Source: Oikopleura dioica (taxonomy: Eukaryota > Animalia > Chordata). Taken from it: a stretch of DNA of 64,000 nucleotides. The DNA lies in assembly GCA_907165135.1 (NCBI GenBank), contig OU015569.1, forward strand, positions 9,052,001-9,116,000, in the 5' to 3' direction. Shown in pieces: positions 1 to 13,371 of this stretch. The position numbers were made by a program, and so were the translations under genes. Under the pieces are notes generated by a model. It worked only from the letters and a program-made list of their open reading frames with translations, was not told the DNA's origin and did not search any database. Position 1 is the stretch's first letter; every line of letters starts with the position of its first letter.

Positions 1-743
<743 letters not shown>

Positions 744-1322
744 ACGAGATTCACTCAAAATCTTGTTGAAGGATAAAGTGAAGGTGCCACAGGCGAATCA
801 GGGAAGCATCCGAAAGACTGTTACGACTACGGCTGATAGCGACGAAGACGATTGGTTCGGAGACGATTAAGTTACAAGCTTGGCGAGTAGCCCGCTGCTC
901 GCAAACATCGAATGGAATATAAACTCGAAGAAACTGCACCTATTCACAACCTAGCATAATGTTACTGTTGCCCATCATGTTTCCTATTTCTCTCCACTAT
1001 TTGAACTCAAGGTCGTGCCTTAATTCTTCTTTCATTTTCCTTTCTCCCCTCTCTCTATTGAACCTCCCACTTTCCCTCATCGAAAGGTGCATCTCTTCCT
1101 CTTAATATTAATCTATCTTCACACATAGCATCAAAGTCGATTTCCTATTTATATTACTCACATCTGTTCTCTGAAAATCTTCTTGTCTCGTTATGAAACA
1201 AACGAACTTCTGATGAACAACCTTAGGTTACATAAAATAAATAGAATTTGGGAATTATCAAAGATGTCTTATTCAGTCGATTCATGCATGTTTATTTGCT
1301 CAAGGCATTTTAAAGGACAGTC

Positions 1323-1709
1323 TTACAAAAGGCCGGACGTGGTAGTGCTTCCGGGAGAGGTATCCGCTCTTCCGATCTTTAATCTGAGGGTATCTTTTCG
1401 CTGGATTCTGCGTACCGCTTGCGCAAACGTCACCATTGTATAGTCGAATCCATTGGCCTCGTAAATTTGATCACCGACTTTCAGGCCTCCTATTTCTGCT
1501 GCACTTCCAGGCTCAATTTTGATTATGTAGACTCCCTTATCACTTCAATGTTGAGTTAGAAAGAAGAGTTTCTTCAATTTTCATTACCCATTTTTGGAGT
1601 ACGGATTTTGAGCAGGATCCTTGTCGATTCCACCGAAAATTTCAATTCCGAACTTCCCATTTTGTTTGTTTATCTCGTACTCCCAGCAAGCCACCTCAAA
1701 AGCGCTCAT
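1323..1709 (-). CDS. TAX1BP3: Single-PDZ protein TAX1BP3/TIP-1-like
   Basis: Two exons: MSAFEVACWEYEINKQNGKFGIEIFGGIDKDPAQNPYSKNG and DKGVYIIKIEPGSAAEIGGLKVGDQIYEANGFDYTMVTFAQAVRRI. These match the TIP-1 pattern GGGIDQDPSQNPF...DKGIYVT...GDKIMQVNGWDMTMVT. Confidence 0.85.
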
Positions 1710-2304
1710 TTTCGTTTGTTCGATTACTCTTATTTTCAAAAACGTAAAGAGGGAAGATTTCTTTCCGCCAAGTTGGGCTTTATAGCGCGGACCGTGAGTC
1801 ACCCGCTATTAGAATTGCCTCATGTGAATCATGCGCTATAGTAGGTCGTAGAGACGTGCCAGTTTTAACAACTATCAGAGAACTAGGCCAAACGTTTCTT
1901 TTTTATTTTTGGGGACACCATCACAGATAAGGTAATATATTTCACTTTCAGCATTTTAATTATAACCATAAAATTAATCAATCGACTTGGTTGATCGAGA
2001 ACACCTTCGAAGTTTTCGATCGATCGAAAATTTTTTATCCATTATTGTCTTTCCAAAAAGCGCGCAATGACACTCCCATATTCGAACTTTTGCAATTTGT
2101 CTATAAAAAACCGTGGAAATTGTCCCTTTTCACGAGCGATAAATCTTGCCTAGAGTAAATACTACCTGCCTTTTCGATTTTTCTCGAAAATCACGAGTCT
2201 TTCGGTATAAAAGTTTAAAGACCCCGCATGGATGTAATTTATGCATCCAGTGTTATACAAAAATTACGAAATTTGCGTCTTTAGAACTGTCTTGACTGGC
2301 TCGG

Positions 2305-2931
2305 ATGGACGAACAACAGCAAGCCGTAAAAGATGAGGCATCAGAAGTCGCCTGGTACGTAGCTTGTTACAAAAACATTATCAACCGGGATTTAGGTGGA
2401 TGCGATGGCTCGCCACAGTTGCCGGTGTTATCGGTGGTATCACTGCCTGTTTTGGTGGATTCTTTGGGCTTTTCAAGGGCGCCATCAGCCTTGATGCGGT
2501 GGAATTTATAGGCTATGCAATTATGCTTTTCCTAGGCTTTCTCATTTTCGTGATGGAGGGTACGGACAGCTCCTTTTACTAAAAAAACTATTTAATTCTT
2601 TCAGCTACTTTTGTTTGCCGCCCAGTCACATTTGCTCAACCGATAATCCAAAGAATGGACCGAGTGAGATTTTGGCATCGTGGAGCAATCTACTGCGGGT
2701 ATTTAATATTTACTGTCACTTTTAGTAACGAGATTTAGCCTTTCGATGATTTCTTACATGATGCTCGCTAGCAACTCGCCTTTTGGCAGCTTAGGCTCAA
2801 TAATCGTTCCTTTCGCTACTGGCGTTTTATATGGATTAATGGCGCTTGGCCGAAAAGCTGATCGAGATCAGATGCTCGCCAACGCTGCCCGAAGTGACAA
2901 CTATCAGCAGTTTGAGAATGAAGAACCCTAA
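2305..2931 (+). CDS. CACFD1: Calcium channel flower homolog
   Basis: Spliced product WMRWLATVAGVIGG...FAQPIIQRMDRVRFWHRGAIYCG...FATGVLYGLMALGRK matches the Flower motifs RWLCRLSGVLG and FATGVLYGLSALGKK. Confidence 0.85.
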
Positions 2932-3552
2932 AGTACTCAAGCTAAAAGATTGTTTCTCTACTGATGCTCTTTTCAGGCTCTTCTCGTGCCGTACTTATTC
3001 CAGATGTTACCTTAAATCGACGAAAATGCTCAAAACTTTGCAAAGTTATATTCATCAAATCTACTGCAATATCGTTTTTCTACTTAGTCCATTTTGCAAT
3101 CCATTTCCATTCAACGTCATTATCAGAGATCTTACCGTCCGAGACTGGACTTTATTTTCACCGCTTACACGGACAAATTTCTTCAAGCAACTGTTGCTAT
3201 GTCGTTTCTAATCGTTCTTTTATATTCTATATAATTCAAAGTTATTCAACACCTGTTATTTCTTTGTTCTAATTTAACATGAATAAAAATATCCGAGTAC
3301 AGAAAACTCCGGTGGAATAGTCCGTCAGTAAGAACAAAACACGGACGATTCGACCTTGAAGATTTCGCAAAATACTTTCCCTTTCCCGAGTCAGTACTGT
3401 CGTTAGCGATGTGAGAGCGCCATTCTGACTTTATAGCGTTTGCACAGGCACATAAAATTTTCATTTTATACGCTTAAAACAAGCTTCTAATAAGTATAAA
3501 ATGAAACGTCGAGCTCGAAGTGATCAGTTCGAGCAAAAATCGAAATCAAAAA

Positions 3553-4666
3553 ATGAAGCTTGTCGCCGGAATCATCGCTGCCGCCTCCGCCTCTCAGGAG
3601 CTCTTCCAAGAATGGAAAGAGGAGCATGAGGTCGAATACGCTTCTCAGGTTGAGGAGGTTTCCCGATACAACGTCTGGATGAAGAACAAGGTAATTGAAC
3701 GCACTTAGTGAACATGTTTCATTTGAATATTTAAGGCTTTCGTCGACGAGCACATGGCTGCGTACGAAGCCGGTGAGAAGACCTTCACCGTCGGCATGAA
3801 CAAATTCGCCGATCTCACCAGCGAGGAATTCGCCGAGCTCTACCTCGCCAAGGTCCAGGATCTCTCTGGCCCACACCCACCAATGTGCACCGATTCCAGT
3901 GTCGCCGCAAACTCGACGATGCCAGCTAGCGCTGACTGGCGAACTGGTAATTGAACGCACTTTGTCAATATGATTCATTTGATTATTAAAGCCAACCCAC
4001 CAGTTGTCACTCCCGTCAAGGACCAAGGACAGTGCGGCTCATGCTGGGCTTTCTCAACCATCGCTTCCCTTGAGTCCCAGTGGGCTCTTGCCGGAAACGC
4101 CCTTACCTCTCTCTCCGAGCAGCAGCTCGTTGATTGCTCGATGAACTGGGGTAACTACGGATGCTCGGGTGGTCTTATGACCCAGGGATTCACATACATT
4201 CACGACAACAAAGGCGTCGACACTGAGGCCTCATACCCATACACCGCCGAGGACGGTAAATGCGTTTTCAACCCCGCTAACGTTGGAACCAGCCTTTCAT
4301 CCTGCTACAACATCGCCTCTGGTGATGAGGGCGCTCTCGCCAACGCTGTTCAGATGATCGGCCCTATCTCCGTTGCTATTGACGCTTCGCACATGAGCTT
4401 CCAGCTTTACACTTCCGGAGTTTACTACGAGCCCAACTGCTCCAGCCAGTTCCTTGACCACGGTGTCACTGCTGTCGGATACGGAACCTCCAATGGCGAT
4501 GACTTTTTATCGTCAAGAACAGCTGGTCTGCCACCTGGGGTGACAACGGTTACATCATGATGTCTCGAAACAAGAACAACAACGTCAGTAAAAATTTCTC
4601 CGTTCATCGTATTATTTCCATTTTTAGTGTGGTATCGCCACCTCCGCTTCCTACCCCCAGCTTTAA
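3553..4666 (+). CDS. CTSL: Cathepsin L-like papain cysteine protease; 1-nt frameshift at 4504-4508 in this sequence
   Basis: Signal peptide, I29 propeptide ([13 protein letters not shown]), [11 protein letters not shown] and [17 protein letters not shown]...[21 protein letters not shown] continues in the -1 frame after a T5 run. Introns at 3691-3735, 3947-3991 and about 4584-4627. Confidence 0.92.
3691..3991 (+). repeat. Pair of homologous 45-nt introns (3691-3735 and 3947-3991)
   Basis: gtaattgaacgcacttagtgaacatgtttcatttgaatatttaag versus gtaattgaacgcactttgtcaatatgattcatttgattattaaag: 39/45 identical, no gaps. Confidence 0.95.
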
Positions 4667-4792
4667 GCGAAGGCTCTGTATTATAACCAGACTGGGTATT
4701 TTCCATACCCAAATTCACTGTTCTTCTTTCTTTCTTTCAAATGCAAATAAATTGTCAAAAGACGATAAAAAATCTTAAAAAATTCTCATAGA

Positions 4793-6099
4793 ATGGTTTT
4801 TCCTCAGACATCAGTTCCTTCGCATTATATAACGGCTTCGGTGTATGATGGTGTCATTTCAGGTAACCGAAAGACCTCTTCAGTCACACTTGAAATGTCG
4901 TTTTAAAGCAGGCATTAAGACGTTATGAAAGCATGCCGGGACGCGTTCATTGAGGAAGGTTACGATGAAGCAAGTCTGTTAGACGTCAAGCGTCTTTGGA
5001 CGCGAAAACTCGCCGAAACCAAAGCGGTTACTCGACAACCTGGTCGCCAATCTCAGCAGCAGGTTGTCCGTCAACCTCAACAAATTGTGCGACAGCCTCA
5101 ACAAGGTTTTTACTTCTGTCATTATTTATTTTTCTAGTTTCAGTCTATATACAACGACAAGTCAGTCAAGATGGCCGACCGATTCAGCGTAGACAATTCA
5201 CTAGCAACGGGCAACCAGTTCAATACGTTCAATATAGAAGTAACCAGTCCCCAAATGTACAACAGTCGCCCCAACCGCAGCGCATCTATGTTCAAAGGCC
5301 TCAACAAGTTCAGGAACCGCTCATTAATTCCAAGAAATAAGAGACCCACCCTTCAATGAATACGAGAAAAGAGCCTGTTTGAGACTCAATACATAGTTCA
5401 ACAACGTCCTCAACATTCCCAGCAGCAGCGACAGCCGCAGCAACAGAGAATCATAGTTCAAAATAACCGTGCCCAGAACCTATCCCCTGGTCCAAGCCAC
5501 CGGGCTAGTCCAAACAGCAACCACGTTCATCAACTCGATGGAACAAGTGATGATAAACTTGAACTGGAATCAGAAGTCACCCCAGCTCCATCAATCGAAG
5601 TTCCCGAAACAAAATCAGCTCCTGCAAATCCACCTCCTATTCCTACAACACTTCCAGAATCTATCAGATCGCTGTTAGACGAAGATAGCGAAATTATTAT
5701 CCAAATAGATGGCGTCGGCGATGATGTATCCTCAGGATCCTTGAGCTCATCTTCAAGTGACGATCCTGATTCTGACAGTAAGTTTCATTTTGGAGATTAC
5801 AGCTCAGTTTTCATTAAGCCGAACATGTCGACGAACCCGCTCTAAATTCTGACGATAATTGTCCCAGTCCCGGCGTCGATGAAACCTTTGATTGTGGTAA
5901 GCAATTTTACGTCCTTTTATGAATTCGGCCCTTTTATTCTTAACTGATTTTCATTTTTTAAGAAAACATCCTTGTATGCAAGTACGATAAAATCACGCGA
6001 AACAAAAATCAATGGAAAATGCAAATAAAAGAAGGCATCATGAACATCAAAGGATACGATCATGTCTTCTGGAAAGCATTGGGCGACACACCGTGGTAA
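4793..6099 (+). CDS. GTF2A1: Transcription factor IIA large subunit (alpha/beta precursor)
   Basis: N-terminal VYDGVIS-DVMKACRDAFIEEGYDEASLLDVKRLWTRKL, a Q/P-rich linker, and C-terminal ENILVCKYDKITRNKNQWKMQIKEGIMNIKGYDHVFWKALGDTPW*, the typical TFIIA beta end. Confidence 0.9.
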
Positions 6100-6809
6100 A
6101 CTTTTGCCACATCATCTTTACAGGAATTTCAACATGCTGAACCTTGAGAAAGCTTTCTTTTTAGAACAAAGATAGAAAAAATTGCTCCCTATATATATAT
6201 CATCATAAAACTATTTCGGATCTGTTCTCCACCGTAATAAATACTCGCTTCAACTGCCGAAAAGAAATTAGAATCTTCTTTTTTCTAGAGCTTGTTCTTA
6301 TTCATTAACTACATCTCTTCTGGAGGGTACATACGGTATGTAACATACCGTATTTTACATACGCCTTTATCTTTGATTTCGTCCCAATAATTAAACTTTC
6401 TTGTGATGCTATTCAATGGTTTTTATACTGTGAAGTAACGATTGAAATCCAGAGTCAGCGTCTCCTGATCTGGACAAAGTTGAGACGCACAAGAGTTTGG
6501 CTGCGCACACACTTGTACCGCGCTTCTGTGCGCGCGTAGATTGAGCATCAGTAGGTCAGAGAATGACACATATGAAGAGGAATTTTCAGAAAAGTTTGGC
6601 CTCCTTATTCTGCGGGATAACACGGACCGGATATGCATAAAGGATGCAATCAGCTATTCTTTGCTATTTATGAGTCACTACTGAGTCATATTCTTAGTCT
6701 GAGGCAATTATCGCCACGTGAAAATAAGTTTCGCTTGTTATTTATTATTATTATGCATTTTGGTCGCATGGAAAAACGTAAAAATGTTTTTTAGAGTGAG
6801 TATCGCGCG

Positions 6810-9800
6810 ATGGAGAAAATTAGAGAGATTTGTGTTGACCTGCTCAACCCCGAGAAGGCTGCTGCGGCCACCGCGCGAATGAAGGCAAGCAATCTACGGT
6901 TTCTGCTGCTAACTGTTCTTTAGGAAATTAAGAATGACAAAAGCTTGCTTCCCAATCTGATGCAGCTTACCCTATCGGACCATGACGCCTCGGTTCGCCA
7001 AATGGCGGCTGTTCTCCTGCGAAAAGATATCGCACGAAAGGTTCGATCAGGCAGTCTCCTTCGAAAGTAAAATTGAGTTAAGTTTTCCACTCTTCAAGCC
7101 AACGAACAAAATGCAATTCGGGAACACATGCTGCAATCACTGACAACTGAAGAAGTCGCCTCTGTTTGGTCTGCAGTTGCTGAGGTTAGATTCATTTCTC
7201 AATCAAGAACATAAATATTTTTAGATTTGCTCTGGTATCCTCAGAAAGAACAATGAGTGGCCGGATTTCTTCAACCTCGTTCAGCAAGCTTGTGAATCGC
7301 AACCTGCGAAAGGAGCAGAACTTCTTGCGCGTATGGCGACCTCCGCACCAGCTGTAGTCCGAGAAAAGACCACGCAAGCTAAATGCCTCGAGCTCATCGG
7401 CAGCTGTCTTAACAACAATGAAGCAACTTCTCTCCACCAAGCTCTACGTGCGCTCGGCGCCATTTTGACGGAGCTCGATGAGTCTAACCAAGCCGCCGCC
7501 AAATCTCTTTTGCAAAAATCTGTGGGTGCTGTCCAGTGCATCGCTGAAGCTGGTGAAGGTGATTGGGCTGCGGAAGGTTTCGAAGTCTTCCAGTCTGCTC
7601 TCGACTGTCCAGTCAGTCTTCTTAACGCAGATGCTCTCAAAGATCTTTCTACATGGGCTGCTCAAGTCTTCGGAACTGGTGATGCAGGTGAGTTAACGGG
7701 GATGTAGATAAAATAAAAATCTTTGTGCGATAGATCCCGCTCTTCGATGCTGTGCGGGTAACTTCTTGACACAGGCTGTGTCCGCAAAGTCGAAGTTTAT
7801 TAAAAAGAAAAAAATGACACAAGATCTTATGCATCTTTGCTTCCCTATTCTCATGGAAGATGAAGAGGACGAAGATGACGAAGAAGAAGATACTCCTCGA
7901 TCGATCGCTCTTCAACTTCTTGATACTATTTCAATCAAGCTTCCCAACACAGAAGTTTTGGGCGTTATCATGGAGTTTGCGACTCGTGCGTCTCAAGGTA
8001 AAAATGATGCTGTGAAAACGATTGACAGTTTTATCTTGAATAGGTCAAGCTCATCAGAAGCGTGCTGCCTTATCAGCTCTGGCGGTCATCTGCGAAGGGT
8101 GCGCAAGCCCTCTTATCGAGGCTGGTCACGTCGAGTCCCTTGTAACCTTCGCTTGTGAGTCCCTTCAGAGCGATAACCCAGCTCTTCGAGGTGCAGCCCT
8201 CTACGCTTTGGGCCAGTTCGCCGAACAGATGGTTGGAGCAATGACCGAATTTGCGCCTAGAGTTCTGCAGCTCGTTACTGGACTCTTGGAAAACTCGCCG
8301 GATGATCTCATGAAAGTACGTGTATTCAAAAGATTCTTTTGATGTTGACGTGTTTGATTTTTGATTTTCATTTATTCGCAAGATTTTTCGACCTATACAC
8401 TGTATAGTATACAGGTTTTCTTCAGGCGGACTACGGAAAGATCTCGCGAATAAATGAAAATCAAAAATATTCGATAGATGTCTAGGGCCTAGACTCTAGG
8501 CAAAGTATTTTGATTTGGTTTGTGGTCACGCTTATTCTTCAGCACAGTCAATTGGAAAAAGGTCTCTATTGCATCGAACAGCTTGCTGAAACGCTCGATG
8601 AAGATCAGATCGAGAGCCTTCTTCCATCCCTTATGAGCTCGATGCATCGATTCATGCAAATGGGTAATTCTGACAAATGTCAAGTCGCTACTCTTGCTGT
8701 ATCTGCTCTTGGAGTTATCATCGCCTGTGCCGAAAATGTTATCGGCCCTCATCTTCATAACTGCATCTCTATGCTTGAAGGCCTTTTGCCCAAATCCGCG
8801 GCCGCTACTGCCGAAGACACTCCTGAAAACATCATGCTCCAAGCTTCTGCCTTGGACACTCTTGCCACCCTTGCTTCAGCCGCTGGTGAATCTTTCGTTC
8901 CAATGGCTGCCGACTCTCTCTCACTTGCTGGACAGCTCGTTTCTGCTGAAACTGACCCTGATATTCGACGTGCTGCCCTCAACCTTTCTTGCTCGGTTGT
9001 CTCCCTTCCAAACTCCCCTCCACAGCTTCTCGAAGCTGTTCCTCGAATCCTCGAATGTTTGATGGAGACTCTCAAGTCCACTGAAGGCATCGGTGTCAAG
9101 ATGATTGGTGATGACGATAACGAAGTCTCTGCTGCTTTCGAGGCTGAGGACATCGATGATGATATCGAAGACGGCGACGACGGTGAAGAGATTGAACACT
9201 TCACCATTGAAAACTCCTACATGGAAGAGAAGCATACCGCGCTCTCCAGCATCATTCGCATGGCGCAGAAAATTCCCGAACAGCTCGCGAATGCCAGCAC
9301 TGAACTCTATAACGAGTGCAAGAGCTTAACCGACTTTGTTAACGAAGATGTTCGTAAATTCGCTTGTGCTGCTCTTATTCACCTTGGCCATGCCATGTTC
9401 AAGGTTTCTGGTAATGAAGCTGCTCTCGTCGAGGCTGTTACTAAAGGAATTGACACAATCGGAACCGATGCTGATCACGGGTGTGCCCTTCTCATCATGG
9501 CTGAAATCTCGGAGGTTCTTGACACTTACAAGAAACCCATCGAGACGAAACGAATCTTGGAAACTGTCCGAATGGCCATGATGGGCGAACTCATCTGCAT
9601 GATGGGTAAGTGACCGCTATTAATCTTTCGTATTAATTGAACTTAGATGATGATGACGAAGAAGATTCTGGTGTCAAGCTTGATGAAGAAGCCTCAGGTA
9701 ACTAACTCTTACTACTCCAAGGCGATGTATTTAAAATAATTTTAGAAATCGAGCGTGAAATTCTCGACGGAGCTGGAGAGCTTCTCGTCGCTGTTGCCGC

Positions 9801-10609
9801 TGTTGATCCTCAAGGCGTTATCACCGAGGGTCTTGCGGACATTTTGCCGGCTGCTGCAGCTCTGATGAAGAAGCCCGATTCCGGTTCTAAAGCGTGTGCC
9901 ATCGGTATCCTCGGTGATATGTTCGACACCCTCGGCTCCAACTGTGCCGAAGGCTTCGTCAAGCAGCTGCTTCCAGTTTTCATGAGATTTACGTCATCCG
10001 AAGATGATAACATCCGCAACAACTCTGTTTATGGTGTTGGTGTCCTCGTCGCTACCTCTGGCGAGACTGGCATCTCTATGATTCCAGAAGCTCTCAAATC
10101 CCTTCCACTCAACGAGTCCAAAAATATGCAAGTTAGAGTAAGTCATCATCGTCTTTTGCATATTTTTCAAAGGTCTTTTAAGGACAATGTGACTGGCGCT
10201 ATTGCCAGAATGCTCTATGCTGGACACGCTGAAACTCGTGCTGCGTATTCCTCTCAATTCTTGGCCCGTCTTCCATTGACAGAAGATCACACCGAATGGC
10301 GAATGACCTTGGAGGTTATCGAAAAACTTCTCACTGAAGGAAACCAGGAAGTTCTTGGACGACTTCAAGAACTTGCTGGGCACTGTTTGAACTCTGTCAA
10401 CAACTTGAATCCAGAGATTACCTCTGACAAAAAGACCATTTTGAAAATCGGACAGGTGAGATATAGCTTCCCCTTCAAAGGATCTTGTCATAATTTAGTT
10501 TATGTCACAACTATCTGGAGCTGATCCGAATATGTTTGCTGAGCTCAAAAAGAGCTCGCCTGAAAAAGTCTGGAATAAGATTGTGAAAGTCAACACTAAA
10601 ATCAACTGA
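6810..10609 (+). CDS. IPO4: Importin-4-like karyopherin beta (HEAT repeats)
   Basis: IBN_N-like VRQMAAVLLRK, acidic loops (MEDEEDEDDEEEDTPRSIALQLLDTISIKLP; NSYMEEKHTAL) and EDDNIRNNSVYGVG, all typical of importin-4. About 11 short introns; the first is GC-AG (6885-6923). Confidence 0.85.
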
Positions 10610-10990
10610 TTCTATCCCGAAGATGTACTCACAAATACTCACTAGCGTAGTTGCTTACGCCAGCCACAAACTGTTTCTATTTTTCTTCATTTATGTGCAA
10701 AACCAGTTACCAACCTGTAAGTCCGATCCCCAGAATGCTCAACAGATATTGAACAAGTGGGCTTTGCGAGTGAAAAACGAGTTTTAACTATTGAGCGTAA
10801 ACACATGTTTTCTTTTGTATGTCAGTTCAAACCTAGTTATTTCACCCTCAAAGTCCAAATAAGAAGGAACCGTCAACCAAAGATGTTCAGCTGCAACAGT
10901 CATCCCTAAGTAATTTATTCAATAAATTAACACTTATGTGGAAAAGGAAAATATATTCAAAATAGTCATTGACCAGTTGTGGTAAATGAC

Positions 10991-13050
10991 TTATGTGCGT
11001 TGTTGATTTTTTACAGGATAATGCATTTCGTTGGCTTTACTTTCTTGAAGCTGTGTTTGTTCACGGCGAGCTCATAGCTATTACGTCGACTATCCTTTTT
11101 CTTCGATAAGGCTGATCGGCGTATGCTGGCAGAAACTTGGTTGATATAACGGATGATTGCTACTACCATTAGATCTTTCTTTCGGATACATAAACTCTCA
11201 TATGTCTGTAGTTAGTGAGCTTTGGTTTCCGCTCCTAAGAGACCAATGACGGAAGTTAAGCTCATTCCAAGAACAAGACCAGCAGCCCCGCCAACATCAG
11301 ATAGAAACTGCTCGGGCCCGTAGTCTGGAACTTTCGGTAGAGGGTGCGAAATAAATAATTCAAAATCAATTTTTCTGATGTGAAGTATTTCTGCTCGCTC
11401 CTTCCTCGTGAACTGTTCCACGGACTTCGGCTAGATACACGACAGCTGCGGACATGTTCTCGACATTGATACGTGAGCTTCGAACTATCTTCGCCGCATC
11501 TTTATAATTTCCATACTGAACAATTTCGCCTTTTGGCTGACGCTCTTCGCAAGCACTCATGCACCCGCATTGCCCATAATCAAACATTTTACTTGGATAC
11601 GGTTCAATATTATACTTCATAAAGAAGCTTTCGAAATTTTGAACCATGAATAAGGCGTGATACGCAGACAGCGTGCTCTAATAAAGTACACGCTGGATGA
11701 CTCGGGGCTGAAGTAAATTGGATCGAGTATTCTTTCTTGATTTCAATATCTTACTATAATGAGACGTCGATAAATATCTCGGCATACACCCGCAAACGCC
11801 AGATATCGTTTTTGCCAAGCACTCATTCAGACACTCCAAATGGTTTAGTTACAGTTCAAGTCAGAAGTTTTGACTCAAAACTATTATAAGCCAATCTAAA
11901 CCATTCCTGATGCTCGGTATATGTAGGGTAGTAATCTAACCAGTTTTTTGTCTTTTTACCAACACACTTAGAATAAGGAGCTCCGAGCTTCTTCAACTTG
12001 AGCTGCAAGATGGAGACCCTAAAATATTAGAAGAAGCTTCTATGAGTCTTGCAATTACATCGGAACTGCTCCCGGCGGCATTGAGATTGAATACAGCTCG
12101 TCAAGTGTCCCTTCAGTAGGGTCAGAATAGTAGAGTGTGAGTCCGGCGAGAAAGTGGTACCAACCAATTGAAGAATCTTATTAATTCAGTAAAATTTCAA
12201 CATAAGCTTTCACCTGATTGATTGTAGCCAATAACGACTGACAAGGACGCTTTTCTCCCTATCGATGTTTTCTTCTCAATTTTCGCCATATCCGGATTAA
12301 ACTTAAAATGTTCAATGTCGACTCTAAGGAAAATTTCTTTTACTTGCATGCACTTTCCATAGCGCGTGAAACCATTTGTCCAAGAGCTTATACATCCTCT
12401 TGTCATGTAACGACAGCCAAGGAGAGCAAACTCCGCTTTCTTAGGATTCAAAATTTCATAAATTTTCATTCGACATTGAGACGAAGTAAATCCATTTCAT
12501 GAGTATTTTCGATAAATTCATCGTAACTAATATTGCTTAGTATGACGCTGTCATTCTTTTCCCCACTTGGAGTAGCTTTGTCGATATACGATCCGGTATA
12601 TAGTTCGGATATCAGATGAATGTTCACGTGTGGATACTTTTCTTTAATTTTTCTATGGATATCTGAGATTTGAACAATGTGGTAGTCGAATACCTTCTAC
12701 TGTGCATTCCGTTTATGCAGATCGTCACCTTCGGGAAACGAACATGCTCCTCCCTATTCAAGCTCGGTTTGACTGAACATGGATAGCTGAAGTATTTATC
12801 GGCATTTAGAATAATCTATTCCCAGTTTTACGTCGTTGACATAGAAGTCTTTAATAATTATTGAACTGTAAAACCATAGCATGTACGTAGTATGAATAAT
12901 TCCAACAATAATCATACACAGCCAAAACGCTCGTCGAGCCCCATGAACTCGCTTTTCAAAAATATAGCCACAACTTCCAGGCGCCGCAAAGTTTCGGTAA
13001 TGATCCAAATATTCAATCGGTTTGCATTCATCTCTTTTGCTATAACTCGT
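10991..13050 (-). CDS. DEG/ENaC/ASIC family sodium channel (start not resolved)
   Basis: TM1 RRAFWLCMIIVGII, GCYMTRG-like finger region, FTRYGKC motif, Cys-rich thumb (CGCMSACEE) and TM2 EQFLSDVGGAAGLVLGMSLTSVI with a GxS filter. Confidence 0.85.
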
Positions 13051-13371
13051 TAAATCAGTTCTCTACTAAAATAAATACCAGTCTAACTTGTTTTCGATGA
13101 CAGTCATGATATGGAAAAACTTTTCCTTCACACAGCCGGAGTGAGTGAACCGCTGGAATCAATAAGTTACCAAAAGTGTCGAATTTTTAATCATTTTTTC
13201 GGGTTTAATACAGTTTACCTGCAGATTGCAAGAAATCATGTGGAAGATGTCAGAGTTACAGTGATGTGCAGACTGTCAATTCGTTCGTTCTTTATGAAAG
13301 TAGTTTATTACCAAATAAGATTTTTTGTTATCATGCAGATAAAATATATTTCAACTATCAAATTGTGGTTA

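Noticed and set aside
3487-4026. Long antisense ORFs opposite cathepsin L, importin-4 (8755-9207), Ulp (41133-41471) and others
   Set aside because: These are shadows of biased codon usage on the coding strand, with no motifs or splice support.
6331-6353. Perfect 10-bp hairpin ATACGGTATG-TAA-CATACCGTAT
   Set aside because: Too short and isolated; no TSD or family evidence.
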